Source: the human T2T-CHM13v2.0 reference genome, Homo sapiens. Taken from it: a stretch of 64,000 bases of DNA. The DNA is taken from assembly GCF_009914755.1 (NCBI RefSeq), contig NC_060925.1. One strand, 5' to 3'. Made by a program: the position numbers and the translations under genes. This document shows positions 43,582 to 57,398 of the stretch, in pieces. Under the pieces are notes generated by a model. The model was given only the letters and a program-made list of their open reading frames with translations. It had not been told where the DNA came from and searched no databases. Position 1 is the stretch's first letter. Each line of letters begins with the position of its first letter.

Positions 43582-45216
43582 GTAAGTATTTTCCATATTT
43601 TTTATAATCTCGATTTGAGTAACATTTGTCCTACTAGTTGCATAAAGACTAGAGGAGTTAGACTATTATCTGACTTGCTTTTCTTCTGAATGCTTCTTTT
43701 CTCTGGGGAAAAAGAAATGGATGAAAGGTTTGACTGCCCATGAAAGTACAGGTGAGGCTACTGTGATTTCATCCTAAAAATGACTATTTTTGGGTTTTCT
43801 TTTTTTTTTTTTTTTTTTTGGTGAGTTGCCATATGTATTTCTCACAGTTTTGTATTATTGTTTGACTTGTAGTATATATATAAATTGTGCTTTTTAAAAA
43901 GGAATCATTAGCTTAGAAATATTTGCTTGTGTAGGGATTTCAAAGTATTTTTATTTGAGAAAAAATTGTTAGTGCATTACAGAGGGAGGGGAAAAATAAA
44001 GTAAGCAAACGATTCAACAAGTGAATATTTAATGTAAATAAGGAATATTCTAAATAAGGAAATCATTCTTAGATTTGAATAGGATCAAGTTTTAGGTTCT
44101 GAGCACACATCTAGGATTTTTGTATTCTTTCTCAAATACAGTACATATTCATTTTTTCCTAACTTAGAGATTGCAAACCTGTGATCTTTGAATCAGATCT
44201 GTGCCACAAATTTTTGTTTGGCCACTGTAGTGATCTTTAAGAATATTTTATATATGAAATCTGGATTTAGGGTTCCCATGGTCTGGCACCACTGGGTACA
44301 GTAGTTCTACATGGCAGTAATTCATTGGAGTTGAAGCAGTGAGGAAAGAGTCAAGTACTAGTCTTTTATCCTCAGTGTCCAGTGACTGTCAAGAGAAATG
44401 GGACTGCCTTCTGCATGGGATATGTGGGTTAAAGAGTAGTCCAATATAGAAGAGTGAGAAAGTGAACCCTCTGAGGCATAGTAATGTTTTATTTGAAAAC
44501 ATCTCACATGTATTGAATACTTAGATAGGATGTATTCTGTATTACTGAATTTTCCAGATTATTGAAGCAATCACCTTTCTGTGTTTAAAGTTTTAGAAAG
44601 AAAGCTTTTAAAAATGCTTAACATAAGATAAGCCTGTTTTCATGGTGCAAGGTCCTTTCTATGAACATGAATCACTGGACTCTGAGGGTTGGACTAGATC
44701 ACATCTACATCCCTTTTAAATGACTAGTGTGCTCAGCTGACGTTGATTTTGTCCTTTTGATTTCAGCTGAAAGCATCTTACTCTTTTTAATATGCTTGAG
44801 AGTAAAGTACATTAGGCTTTGTGCATTTCTGAAACTCAATTTTTTTTGAACTTTGTTTTATAAGTATATCCTGGATGGTTAAGATTGGGAGTAATCTGGT
44901 CTTAGATAAGTGTTAGATCACCATATTCATTTTTAGGACATGGAATTATTTCCGATTTTTTTTTTCAAACGCAGAAATTGTTTTCATAGAAAAAATAGAT
45001 CCTACTTGTTTCTTATAGTATTGTGATATTGCAAATAAAACTGAGGAGATTTAGATATTTCTGATGAATTTTTGAGGCATTCATCTGATAGTACATAGAT
45101 ACATAAAATAATTACTCAGAAAGCGATATTAGTAAGTGGCTTTCTCAGTTTCCATTACATTTGAATCAGCCTAGGCTGAACTGGAAGAATAATGGAGTTT
45201 GAAGAATACAAATGTT

Positions 45217-45516
45217 GGCCAGGTGCAGTGGCTCATGCCTGTAATCCCAACACTTTGGGAGGCCAAGACGGATGGATCACTTGAGGTCAGGAGTTTGAGA
45301 CTAGCCTGGCCAACATGGTGAAATCTCGTCTCTTCTAAAAATACGAAAATTAGCCAGGATGGTGGCACATGCTTGTAATCCCAGCTACTCGGAAGGCTGA
45401 GGTGGGAGAATCCTTTAACCTGGGAGGTGAAGGTTGCAGTGAGCTGAGATCATGCCACTGCACTCCAGCCTGAGCTATAGAGCGAGACTCCTTCTCTCAA
45501 AAAAAAAAAAAAAAAA
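45217..45516 (+). mobile_element. Alu (AluS-like)
   Basis: Full sense Alu with poly-A tail. Confidence 0.94.
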
Positions 45517-47035
45517 CAGTCTTTGATAGCTTTGCTACTTGTTGAATACTTAACAGATAGAATGTTTATATTTCTTCAGCTTGTTTTCAGACTGAAATAG
45601 ATCTTTTGAGTTAGACAGTATTTGTCATTTGAGGCTTCTGCCCAGGGCAGTGTTTATTGTTCTTATAAATAATGTTAATTACAGCCAGTTATAAAAGTTA
45701 GTAGAGAAAATTAGAAATACTCATGTAAAAAATTTTTCAGTCCCCTGATGAAAAGGCTATATCCTTTGTAGCATCTGTACTTTGCAATCAATGCTAGTAA
45801 TAATAGTCACATGACCACATTAATTGCTTTGTCTGTAGTCTCCACCAGTGTAAGACAAAGTAGAGGCACAATGTAAGGCTTTTTACCTGTAAGACTAGTA
45901 GCCATTAGAGGTGGGGAATTAATGGAGGTGAAGATAATTTAAAAAGTGATTAAATGAGTAGACATGATACAAACTGAATTTACCTTTGAAAAGATGTAAG
46001 GTACCTTTTCTGCAGTAGGATAGGATTTCATGACAAAGCAGTCACATTTGCCTAACTCTGATGCAAAATACTTAATTTATACAAAGCACCAGAGCCATTA
46101 CCTCTAATGATTTATTATTGGGAATTTTTTTTTTTTCCTAGGAGACAGCCTAATGGTGGGTCTAGCTATTGACAAGAATAAGATGGTTAGTTTGTTCTAA
46201 GGAACAAGGCAAAAAGAAGTCAGATAGAACAGGTCAGATTAAGGAAAGAGAAAAACTGAAAATTGAAAGTTTATAGAAAAAAGCGTAGTGTGCATGTAGG
46301 GAAAGAAATTGGAGTGAGACAGGAAGTAGTTCACCTACACTTTGTTGTTTGATGTAATAAGGGAGTGAAATGGCAAGTCTTCATATATAATTGGCTTTGC
46401 AAATAACAAAAAATGGACTTCAGGTGAGTTACAACACATGCTTTGATGCTATATACCTATGAACTTGAATTTTTTTAAAAGTCAATAGAGTGTAACAAGT
46501 ATAACAAAGAATTAAGCATAATTATTTTTGATAATACCTGTGTCTAATTACAATTATATTCTGATTGGATAATAGTATACAAAGGGATGGTGTGGGGATT
46601 TTTTAGGGTCTTTCTGCCTACAAGGGAGAAAAGTATAGCATTATTTGTAGGGATACATGATTACTGACTGACTCCTCAGTATCCCAGAAGATTGCTGGGT
46701 GAACTAAAAAGTTTGAGGAGAGTTTTCTCTTGAAAACTCAGAAGAGAAAAGGATTGGGACAGAAAACTACACCTATATTAATGTTTCTCAAATTGTGCTC
46801 CTATGGAACCCTTGTGTCCATTGCCTCAAGCAGTACTAAGATGCACTGCTAAAATTGTACTAAGCTTTTCTTAATTTCTGGAAGAAAATTAAGATAATAT
46901 GCTTTTCTAAATGTTTTTATTTAAATTATTCTAAAACTTTGATAAGTGTTAATAACTCATTTTTACTATAATCTGGTATAAGGTATCTGATTTGGCATGT
47001 AATTATGTTTTTAGTTATTTTCTATTTAATATCAG

Positions 47036-47248
47036 TTCCTTTCCTTTCCTTACTATCTTTTCCTTTCCTTTCGTTTAGTTTTGTTTCCTTTCGTTTCCTT
47101 TCCTCCTTTCCTCTTTTCTTCCTTTCTTTTTTGAGATGAGGTCTCACTGTGTTGCCCAGGCTTGTCCTGAACCCCTGAGCTCAAGCAGTCCTCCTGCCTT
47201 GGCCTCCTAAAGTGCTGGGATTACAGACATGAGCCACTGCGCCTGGCC
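47036..47248 (-). mobile_element. Alu left monomer (FLAM-like) with (ctttc)n-expanded tail
   Basis: Pyrimidine repeat followed by a single Alu arm. Confidence 0.8.
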
Positions 47249-47906
47249 TAATACCAATATTTTCTGGTGCTTCTGAAAGGGCACAATGATGTTAAGTGCT
47301 TTGCCATGTGACCTGGCTTGCATTCACTCGTCTTAGTACATAGACTCTCCTTAAGTATTCTTTGAGGCAGTATACTAAAATAATTTACAGGAGGCTTGGA
47401 GTCCAGTAAAAGCATAGGTGTTAGGATTAGTATACCCAGGATTCAAATTCCGTCTTTGCCATCTACTGGCTTTGTAAGTTTAGACTTGCTACTTGAAATC
47501 TCTAAGCCTTGAGTTTTTATTTTTTTTTTTCCTCTTTAAATGGGATGATAATACCTACTTCGTAGGATTATTTGAAGATTAATTGAGATAATGTATATGA
47601 CATGCTTGAACATAGTATCTGGCATATGGTAAGCACTCAAAAAAATGATTCTTTTGAAAATTATTGTGAGTAACTGAAGAACCCTAAGCTTTGGGCATTC
47701 CCTTATTCATAATAGTCGGATTTTCAAGAAGTCAGCTCTATCTCTTTGCTTTACTTATTGTTTATCTTTCTGGAGTGAAATGAAAGAATAGGTACATCTA
47801 TTAATGTCTAACCATCAACAGTTAAAACTTTAAAAATTGTTAATTTTTTCAATGTTCAGTAACTCATTTGTTTATCAGTAAACAATGCTTTTGCAAATCT
47901 AGGTCC

Positions 47907-47981
47907 ACATTGGCAGTAGTAAAACTTGGGGATATTTTACATAGTCTGTAAAATATCCCCAAGTTTTACTACTGCCAATGT
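47907..47981. repeat. Perfect 35-bp inverted repeat with 5-nt spacer
   Basis: acattggcagtagtaaaacttggggatattttaca - tagtc - tgtaaaatatccccaagttttactactgccaatgt. Confidence 0.97.
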
Positions 47982-48243
47982 AGTACAATATTTTACAGAC
48001 AATATTTTACAGACTGTGTATGCCCAGCCTTTGCATTCTACTATTACAAAGCTTGACCCTATAGGGTCCAGCAATATTCCCCAACCACATGTCAGTTAGA
48101 CATGTTTATTAGACTAGATTATTTTTAATGCCTTTGATAGGAGTTCTCTATGCAGTTTTAATAAATTTTGCTCTTCTACTCAGTCTTTGGCGTTATTTCT
48201 GATCAAAATCCACTAAGTTAAGGACAGCTACTCAAATATTAGA

Positions 48244-48552
48244 TTTTTTTTTATTTATTTTTTATTTTTTAAAGTCAGGGCCTTGCTCTGTCTCCCAGGC
48301 TGGAATGCAGTAGTGTGATCATGACTCACTGTGGCCTTGACCTCCCTGGCTCAGGCACTTCTCCTGCCTTAGCCTCCTGAGTAGCTGGGATGACAGGCAC
48401 ACAGCACCACACCCAGCTAATTTTTAAATTTTTTGTAGAGACGGTGTCTCATTATGTTGCCCAGGCTGGTCTCAAACTCTTAGGCTCAGGTGATCCTCCC
48501 TTCTTGGCCTCGTGAAGTGCTGGTATTAAAGCATGAGCAACTACATCCAGCC
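48244..48552 (-). mobile_element. Alu (AluJ-like)
   Basis: Antisense Alu consensus. Confidence 0.9.
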
Positions 48553-48659
48553 ACTAGAATGTATTTTCAAGGAAGTACTTATAGAATAATAATATTTGAG
48601 TGCAGCTGTGTCTTCACTAGACTGTGTATTCAGATGACTGTATATTTCACATGACTATA

Positions 48660-49004
48660 CAGTCATCCTTCGATACCTGTAAACCTCCCTCGGATACCAA
48701 AATCGTGGATGCTCAAATCCCTGACACAAAATGCATAGTATTTGCGTGTAACCTATGCACATTTCTCTTATATGCTTTAAATAATCTGGTGTGTGTGTAT
48801 ATATATATATATATAAAATACCTAATATAGGTAAATGCTATGTAAATAGTTATACTGTGTTGTTTGGGGAATAATGACAAGGAAAAACGCCTGTACGTGT
48901 TGAAGACAGAGGTTTTTTTGTTTTTGTTTTTTTCTCTGAATGTTTTCAATCTGCTGTTGGTTGAATCCACATACACAGAAGCCATGGACATGGAGGGCTG
49001 ACTC
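48660..49004. mobile_element. MER2 (TcMar-Tigger) DNA transposon relic
   Basis: cagtcatccttc...ggataccaaaatcgtggatgctcaa...ggttgaatccac...ggagggctgact. Confidence 0.8.
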
Positions 49005-49087
49005 ACAGTCTCCTCATGGGCCAGAGGAGTTCATACTCATTGGTTCTATCAAACATTAATCAAATGGTTAAGAATTGTGATTTTTAG

Positions 49088-49362
49088 GGCCAGGTACACC
49101 TGTAATCCCAGGACTTTGGGACGCCAAGGCAGGATGATTGCTTGAGCCTGGGAGTTCAAGACCAGCCAGGGCAACATAGCAAGACCCTGCCTTTACCAAA
49201 AAAATATTAAAAAATTAGCTGTGTGTTGTGGTCATAGTCCCAGCTACTTTGGAGGCTGAGGTAGAAGGATCGCTTGGCCCTAGGAGGTCGAGGCTGCAGT
49301 GAGCTGCACCCCAGCCTGGGACAGAGCGAGACCCTGTCTCAAAGAAGAAGAAGAAAAAAAAG
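49088..49362 (+). mobile_element. Alu (AluJ-like, small deletions)
   Basis: Sense Alu motifs and A-rich tail. Confidence 0.88.
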
Positions 49363-49610
49363 AATTGAGACTTTTTTCCACACGAAAAGCCTGTTCTTAT
49401 TTGATATGACCATTTATTATTTACAATTTTTTCATATTTATAACATTATAAACACTTTTAAAGCTATAAACATTTTCCTTCCATTTTTCTGTTGTAACTA
49501 TTAAAAAGCAATACATAATAGTTGCTGTGCGTAGCTTTTTCTTGGTACTTTTGACTTACATCCAGCATCAAATAAAAATATATACATTAATATTAATAAG
49601 ATCCACTTAA

Positions 49611-49805
<195 letters not shown>

Positions 49806-50059
49806 TAGAGCTAGGGTATGAATTGGTTATGACTTTTTTGTGGAAAGGGAAGATCTGAAATTTTGATTCTCTGATTAGGAGAGAAATTGTGTTATATATT
49901 AATGACTGAAAAATTTTGTGTGATCATAGGTGGGATATTTAAAGTTTGAAATGAAAGGATTTAAAAACAATAACTTTATTATGTGCAATAACAGAATTCA
50001 CATAGTTACTTTGGTAAAACATAGACTGTTAAATGATTCTGCTATAAAGGTCTGGTCAA

Positions 50060-51700
50060 AAATGGACTATAAAAGGATTCTACACGGCCTCATATATCCT
50101 TTGTCCTTCCCCAGTTACCATATCTTTTACTTATTCTCCTTCAGAGCCAAAAATTCTTGAAGTATCATTTTCCATTCACTACATAAAGTGCTCTAGATTA
50201 TCTCCACTACATAAAGTGCTCTAGATTATCTCCACCTCTTCCTATCAAGGTGACCAGTGAACTTTCCTTGTTACATCCATTTTTATATTCACTTTTCTCT
50301 CACTACCTTACTTTTTCTCAGCAGTATTCAATATAGTTTAACATTCCCTTCTTTTACTTGAATTCTGGAGTACACCACTGTCTGGTTTTCTTTATCTTTT
50401 TGTTTCTATTCAGTATCTTTTGCAGACTCTTCTTCCGTTACTCAAGGTTTACATGTTGGCAGTTTGTGATTCTCAGTTTGGACCTTCTTTTTTTCTCTCC
50501 TGTCTCTGTCTGGATCAGTGCTCCTCAAAATGTAGTATGAGGGTCAGTTGCATCAGAATCAACCCTGTACTTATTTTAAAAAGCAGATTTTTTGGACCTC
50601 TCCCCCGGCATACTGAATCAGAATCTCTGGAGGTGGGGTTCAGATCCACATCTTCATTAAGTAAGTTGGCATTATATGTACACCAAATTTGAAAATCACT
50701 AAGCTGTGTGATTTAATTTATTCCCTTGGTGTCTATATCCTTAGTATTCTTTAGTTTATATTTCTAGCATTAACCTATTTCCTGTCTCCAGTTTTGTTTG
50801 TCCACCTTGACATTTCTGCTTGCTTAACTAAATGGACATCTCTAAATTATAAATGTCCAAAACAGAACTATTGACTGTTGTTTTTTTCTCTGCTTGTTCT
50901 TTCCCTGTCCTATCAGTAAAAAGTGGTACTACTATTTACCCTGTTGCCTAAGTCAGAAACCAGTGAGTCATTTTCCTTCTCTTTCAATATCTTATTTCTA
51001 AATAAACCTATCATTTGTATCCACAAGAATATCCCTTAGCCGACTCTTGATCCATTGCTGCCTAGATTACCATTCTTTCTAGCCTAGGCTATTGCAGTAG
51101 CTTCCTGACTGGTTTCCCCATTTCCTCTTTTACCATCTTTCTCCTGATACATTTCCACCCAGCAGCTGTGATCTTCTTTTCAAAATGTAAATCAATTAAT
51201 ATCAACCTCCCAGCTTCCTGTTATATCCAAAGAAAACCCAAACTCCTCAACCAGGCCAGCAAGGCCACCTGCATGATAATGGCCTCTTACCCGTGTATCA
51301 CACTACCTCTGTTATAGCCACACTAGCTGCTTTTGTTGTTAAATAGGCTAGTTTCTTCTGCTTCAAGGGTTTTCAGCTCATTCTCACTCTCTGGTATATG
51401 CATCCCAAGGCCGGCTCCTTATCCTCTGGGTTCGGTGTTGCCTCCTCAGAATAGCAGCCTTTCCTGTCCCCTAATTAGGTTTTAATTAGTTTTTTGTTTT
51501 ATTTTTATTTTTTTTTAACCACTGTCCCCTATTCAATGCTTTCTTTAGTGTTAGGACACAATTTGTAATTGTTTGTTTAATTTATTGTCTGTACCTCCAC
51601 TGGTTTTGAGAAGATGAAATAAAATGACTGTTATTCACCAGTGTATTTCATGGTACCTTGCAAGAGTGCTCACTCAAAAGTATTGTATGAATGAATGGAT
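50060..51700 (+). mobile_element. Decayed L2 containing a MER5-type insertion (~50516-50700)
   Basis: L2 motifs aatgtccaaaacagaact and ctattgcagtagcttcctgactggtttccc, with 3' end tgaatgaatgga. MER5 motif tactgaatcagaatctctgg. Confidence 0.7.
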
Positions 51701-52108
51701 ATATCAGTCTGGTATGTTCTAATAAAATATATCATGCATATGATTTCCTGTACTCCATGATAAAAAGAACATAAGAAATAAGACATAGTGCCAGTCTTTA
51801 AGGATTTGGAATACATAATATCATGAAAAATGAATGCTTATACTTTTATGGTAATAAAGACCTATGTCTCATAATTTTAGTTTGTAACTTTTTAAAGTAT
51901 ACATTTAAAGAGCTCAAAAAGGAGTTCTATTACTGTTTATTGAAATCTTGTCAGGTGTTCCCATTGTGGGATTAGAGCTGGCTTTGGGATTAGATCATTT
52001 AGTGATTACAGCTGACTTAATCCACAATGTCTGAATAATTTAATGTGTCAAAGGTGTATATTGGCTATCACAAAAGTCTTTCAAGAATGGGTTAAAAAGC
52101 ATATGAAG

Positions 52109-52387
52109 GGCTGGGCATAGTGGTTTATACCTGTAATCTCAGTACTTCAGAAGGCCAAGGCAGGAGGATTACTTGAGGCCTGGAGGTCAAGACCAGCCTG
52201 GGCAACATAGTGAGACCACCATCTCTGCAAAAAATTTTTTAAAAAGGTTAATTAGGCATGGTGGCATGCACCTGTAGGCCCAACACTTCATGAGGCTCAG
52301 GTGGGAGGATTGCTGGGGTCCAGGAATCCAAGGCTGCAGTGAGCTATGATAGCACTGCTGCTCTCCAGCCTGGGTGACAGAATAAAA
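52109..52387 (+). mobile_element. Alu (AluJ-like)
   Basis: Sense Alu with truncated tail. Confidence 0.88.
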
Positions 52388-53591
52388 ATGTTACTACTAT
52401 TTACCCTGTTTTATTTTTCAGAGACTGTGTGTCTGAAAACAGGGCACTTGAAGAACTTGAAGTCAGAACTATTGTTTAAAAGTAGGAGGCTGGGAAGCGA
52501 TTCAAAAACAGTTATAAGGGAAACAGTTGATTTAACAATCATAGTCACTTCATGTATTTGTGAAGTGAGAAGACAATTATTTTCAGTTTGCCTATATTCA
52601 GAGAAGATCTATCACTTTATATTTTTTGCTTCTGAATAGCCATCTGTGGGATAAAAGGTACAGTAATAAAATCTTGTATTTTCTGTCTTATATTCTATAT
52701 TAGCTAAAATACTAATTAGCAAGAGGAAATAAGTAGTTTTCATAATGGGTTATGAGTTAGTTATTTTTTTTCTATTTCAGAAAATGAGATATTTATTACA
52801 TTTAATTAGTAGAAAATTACTAATGGGCTGTGCTAAAATTTTGGTTATATCATTGCCTTTTCCTGTTTTTCTCTCCTATTCCTTTCCCCAGCCCCATATA
52901 GTGCCTTAAAACTTGCTTTCAAGTGACCCTGCCTTAGGAAATAGAAGTTAAAATAGAATTATTTATAGAGATAGGGAAAAAAAGACAGTTGAACCAATCC
53001 TTTATCATCCTTTCAACTAGACAGCCTTATACCTTCTCAGATTCTTCTCTGACTTCTCCCAGAAACAATTAAAGCTTTAAGTAGCATAGAATGCTTTTCA
53101 TCTGTAACCTGAAGCTAAGCAATATTTTGGGGCCAATTTGTTGGATTTCCTAGAGTTATTAACTCTTTAGGTTTGAACCAAACAAAATTCTTGTTGTGTT
53201 TATTGAAAAAGTGAATAAGATTTTGTTGTGTTGATTATTGATTTGCTTTTATAGAAGCAAAACATTAGTTATGTCAGGGATTGATAGTGTTTTTCACCTT
53301 ACACCTTGGTTGCATGAAATGAATTTTTGATGTATTGTGGCAGAACTCTGACATTCATTCAGGAAATATCAATAACTGTATAGCATGTGGTTTTAAGTTC
53401 ATTCAATTTGAATTCTAGAATTTTTCAGTGAAAATAACTCGAAAGAAGTTTTGATGTGTATTGTTACATTTGTATGCATGGATTATGACAATATAAAAGA
53501 TAAGTGTTTTAATAAAATTGGGTGTATAGGTTATTATTTATTGTAGTGATTAGTGATCTTAGAGGGAATGTCAGAATCATTCTCATAGTAA

Positions 53592-53905
<314 letters not shown>

Positions 53906-54683
53906 ATAGATACACTTTTGTTTGCTACAAATAGAAACACTCTAGTTTAACTCTGTTTTCCAAATGAACTCTTTAAACTCAGAGACTCTAAATGGGCACA
54001 ATTGTGGCAGTCCATTTGGGAAAAGAAAGATCAAGATTGCAATATATTTATGTATTTAGATATATTTTATAAAAATCACACTATAACAGTATCAGTATTT
54101 AATACATACTTTTAAAGTGCTAGATGTGTTCCATCCAGAGCTAGAGAATAATTAAAATGTGTGATTAAAATGTGAGAGATTGCAGTATTTTGACGTATAC
54201 ACACAACATTAATTATATAGATAGAAAAGAAATCTCAGTGTGAGGACTATAAAGAAGAGTTCAGTGCCTTCATTCCTATATAGTTTTATCTTCTAGTCAA
54301 GCCCCAGCCCCAAGAGATTGGTTACCTTAGGAACCATCTCTAGTTCAGTCTGGATGTGGTCCCTTAGGCCTTTTTGGCTGGAAATCTGCCTCTTTCCTTC
54401 TTCCTATCTTCATTAGCATTTTATTGGTAAGTCAGTTTTGGTACAACAGGTGTAAGAGTACTATCTACATCCACCAAATGGCCTTGACTTGAAAGTCAGC
54501 ATCTGCCATTTCTTAATGACTAACCTCCTGATGTGAGGGAGAAGGAGCTAGGAACTAGCACCTCTTCTGCAGCTAGGAGTTGGATGCCACTCCAACCTAT
54601 AATATGTTAGTGTTTGATAACTTTACCCTATTGTCTTGAAATTAGGGCAGACTTAACTTGAGATATAGTATATAGTGTTTATC

Positions 54684-54924
54684 CTTTTTGATACAGGGTC
54701 TTACTCTGTCACCTTCCCAGGCTCATGTGATCCACCTGCCTCACCTCCCACGTAGCTGGGACTGTAGGCGTGCACCACTATGCCCGGCTAATTTTTTATT
54801 TTTTTGTAGAGATGGGGTCTTGCTCTGTTGCCCAGGCTGGTCTTGAACTCCTGTGTGCAAGCAGTCCTCCCACTTCGGCCTCCCAAAGTGCTGGGATGAT
54901 AGGCGTGAGCCACCGAGTCTGGTC
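54684..54924 (-). mobile_element. Alu (AluJ-like, internal deletion)
   Basis: Antisense Alu motifs. Confidence 0.85.
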
Positions 54925-55067
54925 GGTTTATGTTTTTAAAAAGTCCATTTCTCCCACCTTCAGCCAGCCTTCCTTTAGCTTATGCAGACATGATTGCCCT
55001 TCCTTTTGTTACAGTGTAAGACAACTCATTTCTTAAAATACAGTCTGCAAATATAGTGTGTATTCCT

Positions 55068-55240
55068 GTTTTTTTTTTTAAGTTAATTTTTTAGAGACAG
55101 GGTCTCGTTCTGTCGCTCTGGCTGGAGTGCAGTGGTGCAGTCATAGCTCAAGCATCCTTAACTTCCTGCGTTCATGCCTTTCTCTCGCCTCAGCCTCTTG
55201 AGTAGCTAGGACTGCAAGTGCATGCCACCGTGCCTGGCTA
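55068..55240 (-). mobile_element. Partial Alu (right arm)
   Basis: Single antisense arm; attcctgt on both flanks. Confidence 0.8.
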
Positions 55241-56142
55241 CATTCCTGTATTTTTATTCATCATGTACTATGCCCACTTTCCTTATTTCTCACAGTTTAT
55301 CAGCCCTCTTATTTCACATTGTAACAGGATGCTGTATACTTAACCTGACGTTAGATTTTGAAGAAGGCAGTATATATGCATATGTACAGAAGGGCAGTGT
55401 AAAGCAGTGAGTTAGACTGCCTGGGTTCGTAATCCAGTTCTACTACTTATTTCAGTGTGGGACTTAGGATAGGTTACTTAACATTGTTAAACTTCAGATG
55501 TTATTACAAGAATAATATATCTAAAGCGCTTAACATAATATTTGGCACATAATCAACACAAAATAAATCTTAGTTAATGTCATTCATAAGATTCTCAAAA
55601 AAGTCTCTGACCTATAACTGAAAATGTACAACTTGCCACATAATTTTTTCTTTCACTCTGTTCTCGCCTTTTTATACTCTTTTAACACTTACGTGAATGG
55701 GAATAAAACACTGTGCCACTTTATTGTGATGTTTCAATTTAAGTTGAAGTAAGCCCTTGAGTAACTGGTAGAATGCAGACTTTGGTAATATAAACTAATT
55801 AGAAATTCTCTGGAACAGGTGACTGACAGGCCCTGGTATAATAGTATACTACTTTTGGCCAAGTTTTATTCATCCTTAAATCTTTTTTCAGAGGGAAATA
55901 ACGGAATATTTGCGTTACACGATATCATTACTGTTTATAGCATCAGAATTTGGGGGTGCAGAGACAGAAATCTGTCTGTAACTAGATTACAGACAGTCTA
56001 ACCTCAAACTAGGTTAGACAAAATGAAGAATTTCATGTAAGTCTCATGGAATTTCATTAAAGGAGGGATATATCTGCTCCCAGGGACTCAAGTGCCACCA
56101 GAATTTATTTTCTCTATTTCTGCTTTTCTACATGGTTTACCT

Positions 56143-56440
56143 CTTTTTGTTTTTGAGACAGGGTCTCACTTTGTCACTCAGGCTGGAGTGCAGCAGTGCG
56201 ATCTTGGCTCACTGCAGCCTCAGCCTCCCTGGATGAAGCCATCCTCCTGCCTCAGCCCCCCTAGTAGCTGGGACTACGGGCATGCGCTGCCACACCCAGC
56301 TAATTCTTTTTGTATTTTTTACATGGACGGTGTTTCGCCATGTTGCCCAGGCTGGTCTCGAACTCCTGAGCTCAAGTGATCTGCCTACCTTGGCCTCCCA
56401 AAGTGCTAAGATTACAGGCGTGAGCCGTGTCCCACCTGAC
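56143..56440 (-). mobile_element. Alu (AluJ-like)
   Basis: Antisense Alu consensus. Confidence 0.9.
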
Positions 56441-57087
56441 TTGTCTTTTCAGACCAACTTTCTTCATATTATGCTGTCAGTTTGTAGGTCTCCCACATTT
56501 ACTACTTGAGATAGTCTATGCTTCTTTCTTAAGTTGCTGTTGATAAAACTCCAGAAACAAAGTATGGACAAGCTTGGGTCATGTGTCCACTCCAAATCTA
56601 CGGCCAGGGAATACAGTTATTCCAATTATGTCAGCTACTATGGTCAAGGAGGTGAACTTTCAAGAAAAATAAGTGCTTGGAATGGAAGAAAGAACATTTC
56701 ATGTGAGAAGACAAGTACAGAAGTAGAGAGTAGGAGAGGCTTGGAGGGGAAATAATAAATAATCCTTACATGATGCTTGTTTATGCTTGCTAAATCTTTA
56801 CTTCAGTTAGCACAAAGCAGGAACACAAATACATGCTATTGCAATTTGAAACAGGATTCCTCAGCAAAATTGATTCTGATTTTTATTATAGTTGTAGCCC
56901 AGAGTTTGCTGCAAGATTTTCACTTTTACCTTAGATTAAATAAGAGACTTTTTATACTGTCGTGCTTCAACTTGTATTTTTGGTGGTGATGATTTTTTCT
57001 TTGTTGCTTACTAAGCTGATATTACTCACTTGATATTGGGTGACAGCTTGAGTTACAAGTTTAATACTAGTAAGTAAGCATTTTCTT

Positions 57088-57398
57088 TTCCTTTTTTTTT
57101 TTTTTTTAATATTCTTGAGACAGGGTCTCACTCTGTTGCCCAGGCTGGAGTGCAGTGACACAATCTCAGCTCACTGCAGCCCCTGCCTCCTGGGTTCAAG
57201 CAGTTCTCCTGCCTCAGCCTCCTGAGTAGCTGGGATTACATGCCCACACCACCATGCCTGGCTAACTTTTGTATTTTTAGTAGAGTTGGGGTTCCACCAT
57301 GTTGGCCAGGCCGGTCTTGAACTCCTGACCTCAAGTGATCTGTCCCCCTCAGTCTCCCAAAGTACTGGGATTACAGGTGTGAGCCACTGCACCCAGCA
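57088..57398 (-). mobile_element. Alu (AluS-like)
   Basis: TSD taagtaagcattttctt at 57071-57087 and 57399-57415. Confidence 0.95.
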
